A stretch of 64,000 nt of DNA from Vulcanimicrobiota bacterium. Lineage in GTDB: Bacteria; Vulcanimicrobiota; Vulcanimicrobiia; Vulcanimicrobiales; Vulcanimicrobiaceae. Shown here piece by piece: positions 22,238 to 34,417 of the stretch (position 1 is the stretch's first letter; each line of letters opens with the position of its first letter). Below the pieces are notes generated by a model. It searched no databases. It was given only the letters and a program-made list of their open reading frames with translations, and was not told the DNA's origin. The stretch lies in assembly GCA_963714015.1 (NCBI GenBank), contig OY970223.1, positions 2,432,001-2,496,000 of the forward strand. Reading direction: 5' to 3'. The translations under genes and the position numbers were made by a program.

Positions 22238-22654
22238 CTATGTCACGTTGCGCAGGCGAACGTCCGTAAAGGCGCCGGTGTCGATCATCTCGCGCAAACC
22301 GGCGACGACTTCGTCTTTGTCCGCAGCTTTCGTCAGCACGGCATTCGCGCCCGAGAAATGACAGGCTTTGGCCCACTCCGAGCTGCGCATACTGGTGTAG
22401 ACGGCGATCAGCGCTTTGGGCAATAGTGTCCGCAGCAACGTGATGAACTTGAGCGGCTCCTGCGCGGAGAAGTCCACGTCGATAAACACCAGATCCGGCG
22501 GATCTTCCAGCAGCTGCCGGAAGTTCGCTTCAGCGGAGAACCGATCCACAGCCATTCCGAGGCCTTCGAAGACCTCGGTTAGGCTGGAAACAAAGAGCTC
22601 TTGCGGCTCGATGACGTGTACTCTCACGCGCGTTAATCGTTGCTCAATCGTCAC
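22238..22654 (-). CDS. Stand-alone atypical NarL-type receiver domain protein
   Basis: VHVIEPQ, PDLVFIDVD, GANAVLTK; no DNA-binding domain; 16 bp after the wzc stop. Confidence 0.8.
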   Translation of the reverse strand: MTIEQRLTRVRVHVIEPQELFVSSLTEVFEGLGMAVDRFSAEANFRQLLEDPPDLVFIDVDFSAQEPLKFITLLRTLLPKALIAVYTSMRSSEWAKACHFSGANAVLTKAADKDEVVAGLREMIDTGAFTDVRLRNVT

Positions 22655-22670
22655 GTTATGTTTTCAACAT

Positions 22671-24819
22671 CTAAGCCGTTATCATCGGCTCTTCTTCAGC
22701 CGCGGATTCACCCGGGCCGAGCTCGTACGCGCCGTAGTCGGAGCGCCGCGGAACCACTCGGTTCAGGACGAAGCCCAGGACGTTCTTCACGCCGACCTGC
22801 TGTAGCCGGCGCAACGCTCCTTTGGCTTCGCGCAGATCCGTCTGGCCGGCGGAGAGGACGACCACCGTTCCATCAACTTTACGTGAGACGACTGCCGCAT
22901 CCAGATTCACGCTGAGCGCCGCCGTGTCGACGATAATGCAGCGGTAATGTTCGGAAGCCTCGCGCAGCAATTCATCCATCCGCTGCGATTCGAGCAGTTT
23001 GATCGGGTTCGGCGTCGGCGTTCCGCTCGTCAAGATATCGAGACCCGGATATTTCGTGCGTTGCGAGACCTCCGTAAGACGCGCGCGTCCGACCAGAACG
23101 TCGGAAAGCCCACGCTCGTTCTTCATATGAAGTCTTCGTGTGAATCGAAGCTCGCCGCAGGTCTCCGTCGATCAACAGCACGCGCGGCTCCAACTCGGCC
23201 ATGGCAAGCGCAACGTTCACCGAGATCGTGGATTTGCCGTCGCCTTGAGACGGGCTCGTTATCACGAGCGTCTCGAGCTTCGAATCGCTTGCGTACTTGA
23301 TCGACGTTACGAGTTGCAGGAACGACTCCACGGTGAGCGTGCGAACCCAAGGAAGCGCGGCGACGCCGTTCCGCATCCGTACCAGCGGTATCTGCGCCAG
23401 CGCAGGCAGCGCCAGCTCCTCTTCGACCTCGCGCTCGTCCTTGATGCTTCCGTCAAGGTAGTCCAGGATGAACGCGCCGACAATCGCCAGGGTAAGGCCC
23501 AGCAACGCGCCCAGCAGCACATTCAGCATCAGGTTCGGTGACACGCGGGCGCTGTTGGGCGTAGCCGGTTGGGTGACCGTTACATCGCTCAGGGCGGTGT
23601 CGCGCGCGATGTTCGCGTTATTGAATTTCTGCTGCAACGCCGTGTAGACGTCTTGCGCCGACTGTGAGTTACGCTGCAGGTCCGCCAACACCGCCGCTTG
23701 CCCGGGCAGCCGCTGCAGCGTCGGATTCATGTCGTCGCGCTGGTGCCTGAAGGCGCCGATTGCCGCCGTGTCCGACGCTACCTGCGCCTGATACTGGGCC
23801 TGCTGCTGCTGCAGTTGCTGGTACAGCGGGTTCGGCACCGTATTGGTGCTCGCCGTAACGGTCGCTTGTTGTCTTGCGATCTCGTTCTGCAGTTGCGTCA
23901 CTTGCTGCTTGAGAGCAATTACGGTTGGATGTTGATCGGTGTACTGCTGCTCCGCGGTCTTCAGTTGCACTTGGACCTGCGAGAGCTGCGTTTCCAAATT
24001 TTGCAGCACCGGATTGGCCGCGACGGTCGTACCTCCGGTTATCGTCGCCGGCGTGTGGGACAGCTGTGAGGACACGCTGGCAAGTTGGGCGCGCGACTGC
24101 TCTTCATCCGCTTGAGTCTTCCCGATGTTGCCGTCGAGGGTGGCCAGAGCGGCGATATCGGACTGCGTTTGTGCGCTAATGTCCGTGATATGGTGGCTCG
24201 CTTCGAACGCGGCGAGTTTCATTTGCGCATTGTGCATCGTGCGCTGCGCCGACGGAAGCTGCGTCTTCAAGAAGTCGATGGCTTGCTCCGCCTGCGCGGA
24301 GACCAGTTGGCGCTGGCGATCGATAACGACGGAGCCGAACTCGTTTGCGACGAGCGCAGACGTCTTCGGGTTCGACCACGTAACGGACAGGTCGATGATC
24401 GACGTGTTCGTAATGGGCTTGACCGCCACATGCGTGAGCAGTGAGTGCGGCGACACCCCGAGCCCGAGGTTTTGCGAGACTTGCTGAGCGACGGGCGTTT
24501 CTTGGAACAGTTCGACGTACGTCTCGGCGCTCTGCACGCCGCCGGCTTCCAGCAGCGCATTCAGCACGGGCAGCTGACTGTTCAAGTCGCTGTTGTCGGA
24601 CGATGGCGCGGCGCTCGAGTTGCCGACGATCAATTTTACGTCCGTCGTGTAGCTTTTCGGTACGAGCAGCGAGAATACGATCACAAGCGCGATAAAGCCG
24701 AGGAAGATTCCGATCATCGGACGGATCCGCCGCTGCAGCGTGCGCACGATCCCGTGCAACTGCTGGGGCGTTTCGGCCGCAGTGGTCGACGCTGGTTGCC
24801 CAGCAGGAAGCGAATACAT
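22671..24819 (-). CDS. wzc: Polysaccharide co-polymerase / tyrosine autokinase, Wzc/GumC-like (frameshift near 23130)
   Basis: Two TM helices flanking a coiled coil; Walker A TSPSQGDGKS, LLIDGDLRR, IIVDT, VLN. Confidence 0.9.
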
Positions 24820-24839
24820 AAGGGTGAGTTCCTCCAGCT

Positions 24840-25754
24840 TTACGGGATGAATCGCGATAGGATGTAGAGCAGTCCCGTCACGACGGAATCACTGTGACGC
24901 GGGGCCGACTGCGGTACGTAGATCGTGTCGCCCTTCTCGAGCGCCACGTTCGCCGCGGGATCGTTGCCCTGAAGCGCCTTATAAAGGTCTATCTCTTCGG
25001 TCGACTGCTTTCCCGACGAGTCCGCGCGCATGAGCCGGACGTGATTTAGATCGGCTTGAGCGTTTGCGCTGTTTCCGGCCTTCGCGATCGCGATGGCCAA
25101 CGTGTCACCCTGGTTAACCTGAATCGCACCCGGATGGTCGACGGCACCCGTCACGTTCACGTAGAATTGCGTCGGCCCCGGAACGTAGACGACATCGCCT
25201 TCAGCGAGCCGTTCGTCCAGTTGCGTGTCGCCCCCGCGCAGCAGTTTTTGCAGCGAAACATTTTGGACGTGACCGGCCGAATCGGAGACCCGGGCGTTCG
25301 GATATGCACCGTCGATGTCGGGCAGCCCGCCCGCCGCAGCTATCGCGTCGGAGAGTTTCGCGTCGGAGGGCAGCTGATATTTGCCCGGATTCTTGACGTC
25401 GCCGAGCACCATGACGTTCGGCTGAGCGAGCTGGCTAATTGCAACCGTAACGACGGGGTGCCGCACGTATTGCAGAAGCCGCGACTTTAGCGTCTCTGCC
25501 GCTTGCGCCGGGGTCTTGCCGGCAACCGGAACTTGGCCGATGAGCGGGTAAGCGATCGTACCGTCGTTGAGCACCGTGACGTTCTGGGTGAGGCTCTGGT
25601 CGCCGTAGACTTGGACGCTCAGTTGATCGCCCGGATGGATCGTCGTTCCCGTACTCTGCGCAAAAACGAGCCCTTGTCCCAGGCAGGACGCGAGGAGCGT
25701 CATGACTACGAGTGCGAGCAAGCGATGAGTTTGTCGTAACACGGGGTTCCCCAC
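24840..25754 (-). CDS. wza: Polysaccharide export protein, Wza-like with SLBB domains
   Basis: PGDQL.V.V, DGTI.YPLIG.V..AGKT, V.G.V..PG.Y, L..GD.IYVP. Confidence 0.9.
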   Translation of the reverse strand: MGNPVLRQTHRLLALVVMTLLASCLGQGLVFAQSTGTTIHPGDQLSVQVYGDQSLTQNVTVLNDGTIAYPLIGQVPVAGKTPAQAAETLKSRLLQYVRHPVVTVAISQLAQPNVMVLGDVKNPGKYQLPSDAKLSDAIAAAGGLPDIDGAYPNARVSDSAGHVQNVSLQKLLRGGDTQLDERLAEGDVVYVPGPTQFYVNVTGAVDHPGAIQVNQGDTLAIAIAKAGNSANAQADLNHVRLMRADSSGKQSTEEIDLYKALQGNDPAANVALEKGDTIYVPQSAPRHSDSVVTGLLYILSRFIP

Positions 25755-25929
25755 TTTCCAGTCGGCTCTGCTAATGGTACGCGCCGCTGAACTCTGCTCG
25801 TCAGATGGTATCGTCCCGCCCTGTTGAGCAAAAGGTCGTCCTCGGGGCGTCCGGTTAGTGCAGGAGGCCCAACGAGGTTTGCTCGCTTGGGTCTCGGCAC
25901 GCGGCCACGCTTTCTGTTAGAACGGGAAC

Positions 25930-26449
25930 ATGCGCATGGGCAACCCGTGGAAGGCGGCCGCAGTTGTGCTGCTGCTGGTGCTGGCAGCAGCAGCCCTACG
26001 GCATCACTACGCCCACCAGCGCGCGCTCGGGGTAGGCGACCGCCTCGTCCCGCTTTCATTTGACTCGCTGACCGGCGGCACGGTGACCATTGCGCCCTCG
26101 GGCCGGCCGCAGGTTATCAACGTCTTTGCGACGTGGTGCGGGCCGTGCCGGTTCGAGACGCCGCGGTTCGCGCACCTTGCCGATGAGTTGCTGGCGCGCG
26201 GGGTCAGCGTCATCGGCCTCGATCAACAGGAACCGCCCGCGGCGGTCGAGCGATTTCGCGCCGAGTTTTCGCTGCGGTATCCGGTGTACATCGACAACGG
26301 CGACGTCACGCATGCAGTTTTGGGCGCGCGCATGATTCCGGAAACCCTCTACGTCGACGCAGGCGGCACCATCCGCTGGATCCGGGAAGGGCCGCTGAGC
26401 GCGGCCGAGATTCGAAACTATCCGCGAGACCGCCGGGGCAGCCGTATGA
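25930..26449 (+). CDS. TlpA family thiol:disulfide oxidoreductase (frameshift near 26415)
   Basis: N-terminal TM helix, NVFATWCGPC, IPETLYVD; corrected stop TGA 26447-26449 overlaps the next ATG. Confidence 0.85.
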
Positions 26450-28310
26450 AGCGCGCGGTCGTCGTCGGCTTCGATTACTTCGCAAAGTTCTTGGCGGACC
26501 TTGATCAACGAGCATTCGTCTTCGTGGCGCCTCACCGCATTCGACAGTTCGCGCGTCGGGACGATGCGCGCGCTCTTTGCACTGCATCGAGCCGACGCGT
26601 CTGATTTGTTTCGGCGGTCCCGTCGCCGAACAGCGCATTGACCGAAGCGGCGCGCCGGCGAAACGTTCCCGTTTTCGTCATCTGGGCGGGCAGCGACGTA
26701 ATCAAAGCGCAAGAGGACCCGTTCGATTTAGAGATCATCAAGCAAGAAGGGTTCATTCATCTTGCCGTCGCGCATTGGCTCACCGACGAGCTGCGCGAAC
26801 TTGGCGTCGATTCGGAGTACATTCCGGCGAGCGCCGTACGCGACGATCCCGTCCTACCGCTCCCGCGCGAGTTTCGCGTGTTGACGTATCTGCCGGAACC
26901 GCGCCGCGATTTCTACGGCGCGCCGCTCGTTTATGACGTCGCTCGCGCCATGCCGGGCGTGCGATTCACGGTCGTCGGAAAAGGCGCACGCCCTCCGGAA
27001 GCTCCGGACAACGTCGAGTTTCTCGGGCACGTCACGGAAATGACCCGGACGATCGACGCATGCACGGTGCTGCTGCGCCAGCCGGAGCACGACGGCAAAT
27101 CGATGCTCGTGCTCGAAACGCTTGCGCGCGGCCGCCACGTCGTTTGGAATTACGAATTGCCCGGTGTCCATACCGCCCGCGGATTGGATGCCGTGCTCGG
27201 CCAGTTGCAGGAGCTTCGCCGGCTTCACGACGCCGGCGTCCTGCAAATCAACACGTTCGGCCGTGAGTACGTCATTGCAAATTTTAGGCGCAAAACGGTT
27301 GCCGACCGCCTCGAAGCGCGGCTCGACCGCGGCATTCGCGACAGCCGAAGCGCCAGCCGCGCGGCGCGCCGCGTTGCAATATCCGGTTTAGGGCTCTTCT
27401 GTGCCGAGATGGCGCAGGAACGTGAAGCAGTTTTGCCCGGAATGGGAACCGCGCGTCATGCGTACGGGTTCGCGCCTTGAAGTCCTAACGGCGATCAATG
27501 CGATACTGCTGGTGCGACGTCTGGTACTCGATCGGAAGCCCGATAACGGATCGCTGGGTGCATTTGCGCGGCACTCTCTCTGAGAAAACCGCACGTCGTG
27601 CATTGGGTCGGGTCGGATATCGCGTTTTTGAGCGAGTATCCGGGCATCCGCACCGCGCTTACGTCTCCCACTTACGTCGCACTTGGCCGAAGTCGAATGG
27701 ACGGCGGCGCAGCTCCGCGATCAAGGTTTTCAGGCGCGCATCGCACCGCTCCCTCCGCGACACAAGCCCGGCGGGACGCGCCCGCTTCCGGAGCAGTTTA
27801 CCGTAATGCTCTACGTGCCGCGCACGCGAGCCGATTTCTACGGACGACAATCCTTCAAGTTGCTGATGCGGCGCTTGGCCGACAAATCGATTCGCTATGT
27901 CGTCGTCGGCGGAGGCGACATCGATGCTCCCGCGGGAATATCGGTCGAGAACTTAGGCTGGCGCGACAATCTGCACAGCGTCTACGAAAACGCCACCGTG
28001 CTGATCCGCAATACGCCGCGCGACGGCCTCTCGTTGATGGTGCTCGAAGCGCTCTCGTACGGCCGGTACGTTCTGTGGACGCAAGATTTTCCGCACACGC
28101 GTGAGATTCACAGTTACAGTGACATGGAACGGGAGATTCGTGCACTCTATGCCGAGCACGAACGCGGCATCTTGCAGCCTCAAGCGGCGGCAGCGGAGAT
28201 GATCGCTGCACGCTACGGCGCCCGAGCGCTGCACCAAATCGATCGCGCAGGCGTGGACGGACGCGATTGCAGCCGGAGTCAAGACAAGCCTGGTGATGGA
28301 AACCCCATGA
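26446..28310 (+). CDS. Protein with two tandem GT-B (GT4-like) glycosyltransferase modules (several frameshifts)
   Basis: Half 1: WAGSDV, LPREFRVLTYLPEPRRDFYG, DGKSMLVLETLARGR; half 2: WVGSDI, LPEQFTVMLYVPRTRADFYG, DGLSLMVLEALSYGR. Confidence 0.7.
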
Positions 28311-29293
28311 TCGAACGCATCACCCTCGAGGAATGGCTGGCCTTCGACGCCGCGCATCCCGCGCCGACGTTTTTTGCGCGGCCGGCCTGGGCCAGGGCGC
28401 TTGCAAAATCGTACGGCAATATGGCTCCGGCGCCGCTGCGCGTGCGCGTCGGCGAAAAGTCTTTTATCCTGCCCCTTGTTCAGTTACATGGCGGAAGGCT
28501 ACGGTGGCGTGATTTTTGCGGATTTCCGCTCGGCGGCTACACGTGCTGCACGCGCGACGACGGCGCGCCGGCAACGACGGACGAATGGGATTCCGTACTG
28601 CAGCAGCTCGCGCGCTTTTGCGACACGTCAAGTTTCATCCCCTGGCCGCTGGCCGCGGGGCCGCGAGCCGGCATTGGAACGCCGCACGAAACCGGAGTCG
28701 TCGATCTCTCGCAGGGCATCGACGCTGCGCTTTCCGGAGTAGAGGGGATATTTCGCCGCATGGCCGGACAAGCGCAGCGCCGGGGCGTGATCTGTGCGCC
28801 ATCGCGCAGTCCGGACGCGGCCGACGTCTACTATGGTTTACTCGAGGCATCGGCAAAGCGCTGGGGATTGGACCGTCCGACGGTACCGAAGACGCTCATC
28901 GAGGCGATCGTCGAATACGGGGGAAACGACGTCGAGATCTGGTTTGCCCGGGCGGATGAGCGCGAGATTGCCGGCGGCGTGGTCTTTTACGGCGGGAAAG
29001 AGTTCTTTTTCTGGAGCGCGGCAATGCTCGCCGAATTCGGCCGTCTCCGGCCCAGCAACGCGCTGAATTTTGCGTTGATGCGCGCGGCCGCGGATCGCGG
29101 CATGCTTTGGTACAACTTGGGCTCGAGCGAAGGCCTTCCCGGCGTCGCGAGGTTCAAGCAAGAGATGGGCGCGCAAACCGTTGCCTATCGCGAGGTCCGT
29201 CTCACCGGCGTACGTTTCAATCTGTACACGCAACGTCCGGCGAATGCTCCGGGCTCCGGTCAGCGCTTAGACACTGGGAGGTTATCGAAATGA
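28307..29293 (+). CDS. GNAT / FemAB-like (Acetyltransf_6) acyltransferase
   Basis: ATG 28307 MIERITLEEW..F...P.W, RPSNAL.F, YNLGSS..GVARFK..MGA. Confidence 0.8.
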   Translation: MIERITLEEWLAFDAAHPAPTFFARPAWARALAKSYGNMAPAPLRVRVGEKSFILPLVQLHGGRLRWRDFCGFPLGGYTCCTRDDGAPATTDEWDSVLQQLARFCDTSSFIPWPLAAGPRAGIGTPHETGVVDLSQGIDAALSGVEGIFRRMAGQAQRRGVICAPSRSPDAADVYYGLLEASAKRWGLDRPTVPKTLIEAIVEYGGNDVEIWFARADEREIAGGVVFYGGKEFFFWSAAMLAEFGRLRPSNALNFALMRAAADRGMLWYNLGSSEGLPGVARFKQEMGAQTVAYREVRLTGVRFNLYTQRPANAPGSGQRLDTGRLSK

Positions 29294-30347
29294 TCGCGCA
29301 AGCTCATCAAACCATCTCGGCCGGCGTGCAAAGACGCGCATGCCGTCTTCCGGAACGGCTGGGGCGGCAATGGCGCACGCTGCTGTTATGCGGAGACGTC
29401 GCCGTCGTGCTCTTCGTATCGACGGTGGTGCTGGACGGAGACGGCAATCGTTTTGCCGCCGCCGTTCTTGCCTGCGCCATCATCGTCGGCATCTTTTGGT
29501 GCTGCCGTCTCTACCGCCGTTCGTTTGCCGTAACGCCCATGGACGAGGCATACTACGCGTGCGCCGGCATGGCGCTCGCGGCGATCCCGGTTGCGCTTCT
29601 GCTGGCGGTGCTCGGAAGCTTTACGCTGCTGTCGATCGCGCTTACGCTGGTTTTCTGCACAGTGGGAACGTCCGCACTGCGCGTCCGGCTGCACCTCGAA
29701 CGCCGCTCGAGCATCACCGTACGCAGGATTGGATTCCATTACGCCGGGTGCCTGGCACGACCGCGAATCGGCATCGTTCCGCGTCGGAAAGCGAACGTTC
29801 GACGTCATCGTTGCGCTTCTGGCGACGATCGTCTTCATGCCGGTTATGCTCGTGGCCGCGGCCGCCATCACCATTGAATCCGGTTCGCCCGTGCTGTTCC
29901 GGCAGGAGCGCATGGGAGAAAACGGCAGGCCATTCTGGATTCTGAAGTTCCGAACGATGCGCCACAACGCCGGCGCGCAATGGGCAAAGCCGGGCGACGA
30001 TCGGATAACGCGCGTGGGCGCGCTGCTGCGGCGTACCAGCTTGGACGAACTGCCGCAACTCTTCAACGTTCTGCGCGGCGAGATGTCGATCGTGGGGCCG
30101 CGCCCGGAGATGGTAACCTTTGCGGCGTCGTTTTCACGCAACGTTCCGAACTACGAGCAGCGTCACGTCGTTCCGCCGGGTATCACCGGCTGGGCGCAGT
30201 TGTATCTTCGCCGTAACCTCGATCCCTCGGAGATCCCCGGCGTTCTTCCTTACGATCTCTTTTACGTGGAGCACGCGTCACGTGCTGCTCGATTGCGCTT
30301 TGCTGTTCAAGACGGCCGTCGAAGTGGCGTTTCATCGGGCGGTTTGA
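29290..30347 (+). CDS. Priming polyprenyl-phosphate sugar transferase, WcaJ/WbaP family (frameshifts)
   Basis: KRTFDV, FRQERMG, KFRTM, DDRITRVG.LLRRTSLDELPQLFNVLRGEMSIVGPRPE, PGITGWAQ. Confidence 0.92.
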
Positions 30348-31676
30348 TGTCGCTTACCAACCGGGTGCTTTACGACGGTCTCTTTACGTTTGGTCTGCGC
30401 GTTGTGAACATCGTCTGCGCGATGGGCCTGGGAATCTTGACCGCACGCATGCTTGGGCCCGCCGGAAAAGGTCTGTATGCGCTGCCCAGCGTGGAAGCCG
30501 GTTTGATCGTTTCCGGATTCGCTGGTCTCGGCAGCGCGATGACGTATTTTCTGCTGCATCGCAAAACCGGTCCCGGAATCTTGCGGCCGGCTTTGCTCGC
30601 CGGCGCGCTTTTCGTCATCGCCGGAGCGGCGGCCATCGTGCCGCTCGCGTTTTTCTCCGGTCAGCGCTGGGCTGCGCTGCCCGCGATTCTCTCCCTGCCG
30701 TCGGGAGTTGCAATATGCCTGGCAACCGGCTACGCGATCGGCGTCAAGCGGGTTCGGTACGCCACCTCGCTGACCGCTGCAGTAACGGTCACGACGTTCG
30801 CCCTGATGCTCTGCGGCTTCTTCCTGATCGCGCGCACGCCCGGGATCGCCATTGCCGCCTGGATAGCCGGAAACACCGCTGTTGCGATTCTAGCGATTGC
30901 CGCAATAGCGATTCACGCTCGCAAACTGGAAGGCAGCGATATCCCTAGTTTAGGAGAGTTCACGAAGTTCAGCGTCAAGGTGGGACTCGTGCAACTCGTT
31001 TCGCTGCTGAACTATCGCGCCGATCTCTATTTAGTTGCGATTATGACGACCCCGGCGGCACTGGGCGTCTACACCGTCGCCGTATCCGCTGCGGAGAGCT
31101 TACTGCTTCCCACGCAAGTTGCGTCTCTGGTGACGTCGCCGCATATCGGCTCGTTCGAACGCGAGCCGGCGGCTGCCCTGGCCGCGCGCTGCGTTCGCAA
31201 CAATCTTCTCGTCGCACTCGTCGTCTGCGCCGCCATCTTCGTGTGCTGTTCGCCCATCGTCAAGCTGCTCTACGGCCCGGCTTTCATGCCCGTCATTCCG
31301 GCCTTACGAATCCTCCTGGCTGGAGTCTTTGCGCTCTCGCTGGCGAGCCCGATATCAAGCTATTTCACCCTAAAGCTGGGTCGGCCCTGAAGTTGCCCTC
31401 TGGTTGGCGGCAGGAGCGGCGATTATCTGCATAGCGGTTACGGTGACCCTGCTCCCGCGCTTAGGAATCATTGGAGCCGCCACCGGCTCCACGGTCGCAT
31501 ACGTGACTGGACAAATTGCCGCAATTTTATACTTTGCGCGTGCGACGAAGATCTCGCTGCGGACGATCCTGCTTCCGACCAAAGAGGATATTCAGGTCTA
31601 TACGGCCTTTGCTTTACGCGTATTCCAAGATGGACATCGACTGCTGCGCAGGGAGGCGGTCGCCCGCCGCGGTTAG
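30347..31676 (+). CDS. Wzx-type oligosaccharide flippase (frameshift near 31385)
   Basis: ARMLGPAGKGLY, many TM helices, LNYRAD, LGVYTVA, LGIIGAA. Confidence 0.88.
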
Positions 31677-31747
31677 GCCGACGTACCCAGCGTCCGTGCC
31701 CCTTGACCACTCACGCCGGTGGCGCAGTCCTTCGTACAATAATCCCG

Positions 31748-33152
31748 ATGGCCGTTAACATCAAATCGTGGGATCCGCAACAGCGGGCCACCGCGGTCGG
31801 CGTGGCTGTGATTGCCGTCTTGGGCATACTGGCCGCCTACGCCGAAGCCGCTTTCGGACACACGAAAACCGGCGTGGCACTTGCGCTCATTTTGACGATC
31901 GGGCCGCCGCTGCTGTACGCCGCGATCGTTCGGCCCGTCGTGTTTCCCTTTGCGCTGTATGCGATATTGACGCCGTTCGATACCCTGCTGGTATTTTCGC
32001 AGCTCGGCACGCTTTCCAAAATGCTGGGACTGGCGACTGCAGCCGCAATTCTGTTTTACATGCTGCGCACCAAGCGCTTCGGCGAACCGCCGCGTTCGGC
32101 TGCGTTTTGGATCCTCTACTATTTGTGGGCGACCGCTAGTGCGGGATGGGCGATCGATTCCCCCTCGGCGCTCACTCTGCTCCAAACGTCCTGGGCGCTG
32201 CTGGGACTGTACTTAGTAATGACGATGTTTCGCATCGATCTTCCCCGGCTCAACATTGCCGTATGCGCGGTCTTCGGCGGCGGCCTTGCGGCCTCGCTTT
32301 ACGGTCTTTACTTCTATCACGTCGCCGGATCCGAATTGAGCGCTTTCGGAGATCGGCTCTGGATTCAGACCGACACCACGCAGATCAATCCGGATCATTT
32401 CGGTAATGCGCTGCTGCTTCCAATTGCCATTGCGCTCGTTGCCGCGCTTTGGGCGCGGACGTCACTGCTTCGGATTTTCGCCGGCGGATCGCTCTTGGTG
32501 ATGCTCGCGGCTCTCGTGCTTACCGGTTCTCGCGGCGCAATGCTCGGCCTAGCTGGCAATCGTCGCTTTTCTGATTGTGCGCGACCGGAATCGCCTTCCG
32601 CTCATGCTCGTGAGCGCCGCGGGTCTCCTGGGAGTGCTCGCCTTTACGGGCGGGTCGCTGCTGCAGCGCTTTTCGGAAAGTTTCGCGACGGGCGGAGCGG
32701 GCCGCGTCTCGATCTGGCAGGCCGGTTGGCTCGCCTTTGAGGACAACTGGTTTTGGGGCGCCGGTTACGGTAATTTTCCCTTCGCCTACGATCGCGCGTA
32801 CATTCACGTCTTCCAGCTGCTCAATGCGCAGTGGCATCGTGCTTCGCACAATATCTTGCTTGGCGCGGGCGTCGAACTCGGGGTCGTCGGTCTCGGTCTA
32901 TTGATCGCGTCGTGGATCGGTACGTACAAATTGCTCTCGCCCATCGGTGAAGACGATCCGCGCTACCCAATCAAACTGGCGGTCCAAGCGGCCATCATCG
33001 GACTTTTCGTCGCCGGAATGTTCGCGGACATCATGATCACCAAATACGTCTGGCTTGCCTTCATTTTGGCTGCCCTGACGTACAATGCGGCGCCCGAGCG
33101 GCGACGCGCGCCCATTTACACTGCCGGCGCAGAGGCGGCAGCCCGTGCGTAA
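31748..33152 (+). CDS. Wzy polymerase / O-antigen ligase family protein (frameshift near 32555)
   Basis: Multi-TM; NPDHFG, LTGSRGA, R..IW...W, G.GYGNF, SHN. Confidence 0.85.
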
Positions 33153-34353
33153 CGACTTCTTACCATATTGCCGTCCGGACGTCGGCCAGGCTGAGATCGC
33201 CGCTATCACGGAATGCATTTCGAACGGCTGGCTCACGACGGGACCCAAAGTTCAAGAATTCGAGCGGCGATTTGCTGCGGCGGCCGGCGTCAAGTATGCC
33301 GTTGCGGTGAACAGCTGCACTGCCGCGCTTCACATTGGTCTTCTGGCGGCCGGCGTTCAGCCCGGAGACGACGTCGTGATGCCGTCGTTGACGTTCGTTG
33401 CGGGAGCGCAATGCACGCTGGAGATCGGTGCCCGCCCCGTTTTTTGCGACGTCGACGAAAAGACGCTGACCGCAAACGTAGCGGAGTTTGAAGCGGCGCT
33501 CACGCCTCGGACGCGTGCGATCATCGCGATGCCCTATGCGGGGCGTCCGATGAACGTCGGGTCGCTCGTACGATTTGCGAACGAACGAGGAATCGCCGTA
33601 ATAGAAGACGCCGCGCACGCTGCGGGGACGCTCGACGCAGGCGAGTGGGCCGGCACGCGCAGCGCACTCGCCGCGTACAGCTTTTATGCAACGAAGAACT
33701 TGACGACCGCCGAAGGCGGCGTGTTGCTCACGAACGACGACGAAATCGCCGGTCGCGTACGGGCGCTTTCACTTCACGGCATGGACAAAGACGCCTGGAA
33801 ACGCTACACCGCTCGCGGCTCTTGGCGCTATGACGTCCGTGAGCCGGGCTTCAAGTACAACATGCCCGACATCGCGGCAGCGATGGGAATCGTGCAGCTC
33901 GCTCGCCTGGAGGCAATGCAATCGCGCCGCGACCAAATTGCGCTCCGATACTTGTCGGGTCTAGCCGATACGCCGGGCATTACGTGCCAAGCGTTGCCGT
34001 CCGCGCCTGGGGACCGCCACAGCTGGTGCATGTTCGTCATTATGGTACACGAAGACGAAGCCGGCATCGGACGAGACGAGCTGATCGAGCATTTGAAGGA
34101 ACGGAACATCGGTACGAGCGTGCATTATATTCCAACGCACCACTTCTCGGCGTATCGATCGATCTGCGAGCAGCCCCTCCCGGTAACGGATCGGGTCAGC
34201 CGCGAAATCATTTCTTTACCGTTGTATCCGTCGATGTCGGATGCCGACGTCGAGGATGTGATCGATGCAGTAAATACCTGCATTTTCAGCGGGAAGCAGA
34301 CTAGCGACATGCTCGCCAGCCTAGACACGCGAACGACCCATTGCATGGGATGA
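33145..34353 (+). CDS. DegT/DnrJ/EryC1/StrS PLP-dependent sugar aminotransferase
   Basis: GWLTTGP, NSCTAALH, IEDAAHA, SFYATKNLTTAEGG, GFKYNMPD. Confidence 0.93.
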   Translation: MRNDFLPYCRPDVGQAEIAAITECISNGWLTTGPKVQEFERRFAAAAGVKYAVAVNSCTAALHIGLLAAGVQPGDDVVMPSLTFVAGAQCTLEIGARPVFCDVDEKTLTANVAEFEAALTPRTRAIIAMPYAGRPMNVGSLVRFANERGIAVIEDAAHAAGTLDAGEWAGTRSALAAYSFYATKNLTTAEGGVLLTNDDEIAGRVRALSLHGMDKDAWKRYTARGSWRYDVREPGFKYNMPDIAAAMGIVQLARLEAMQSRRDQIALRYLSGLADTPGITCQALPSAPGDRHSWCMFVIMVHEDEAGIGRDELIEHLKERNIGTSVHYIPTHHFSAYRSICEQPLPVTDRVSREIISLPLYPSMSDADVEDVIDAVNTCIFSGKQTSDMLASLDTRTTHCMG

Positions 34354-34417
34354 CGCGCTCACTCCCCTGTGGTATGGTGGCGCTGTAGCTCGCACGCCAC
34401 AAAAATGGGGAGGATTT

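Noticed and set aside
27683..31390. Apparent fusions GT-GNAT (27683-29293) and sugar transferase-flippase (29591-31390)
   Set aside because: Produced by frameshifts; ATGA (28307) and TGATG (30345) stop-start overlaps mark the true gene boundaries.
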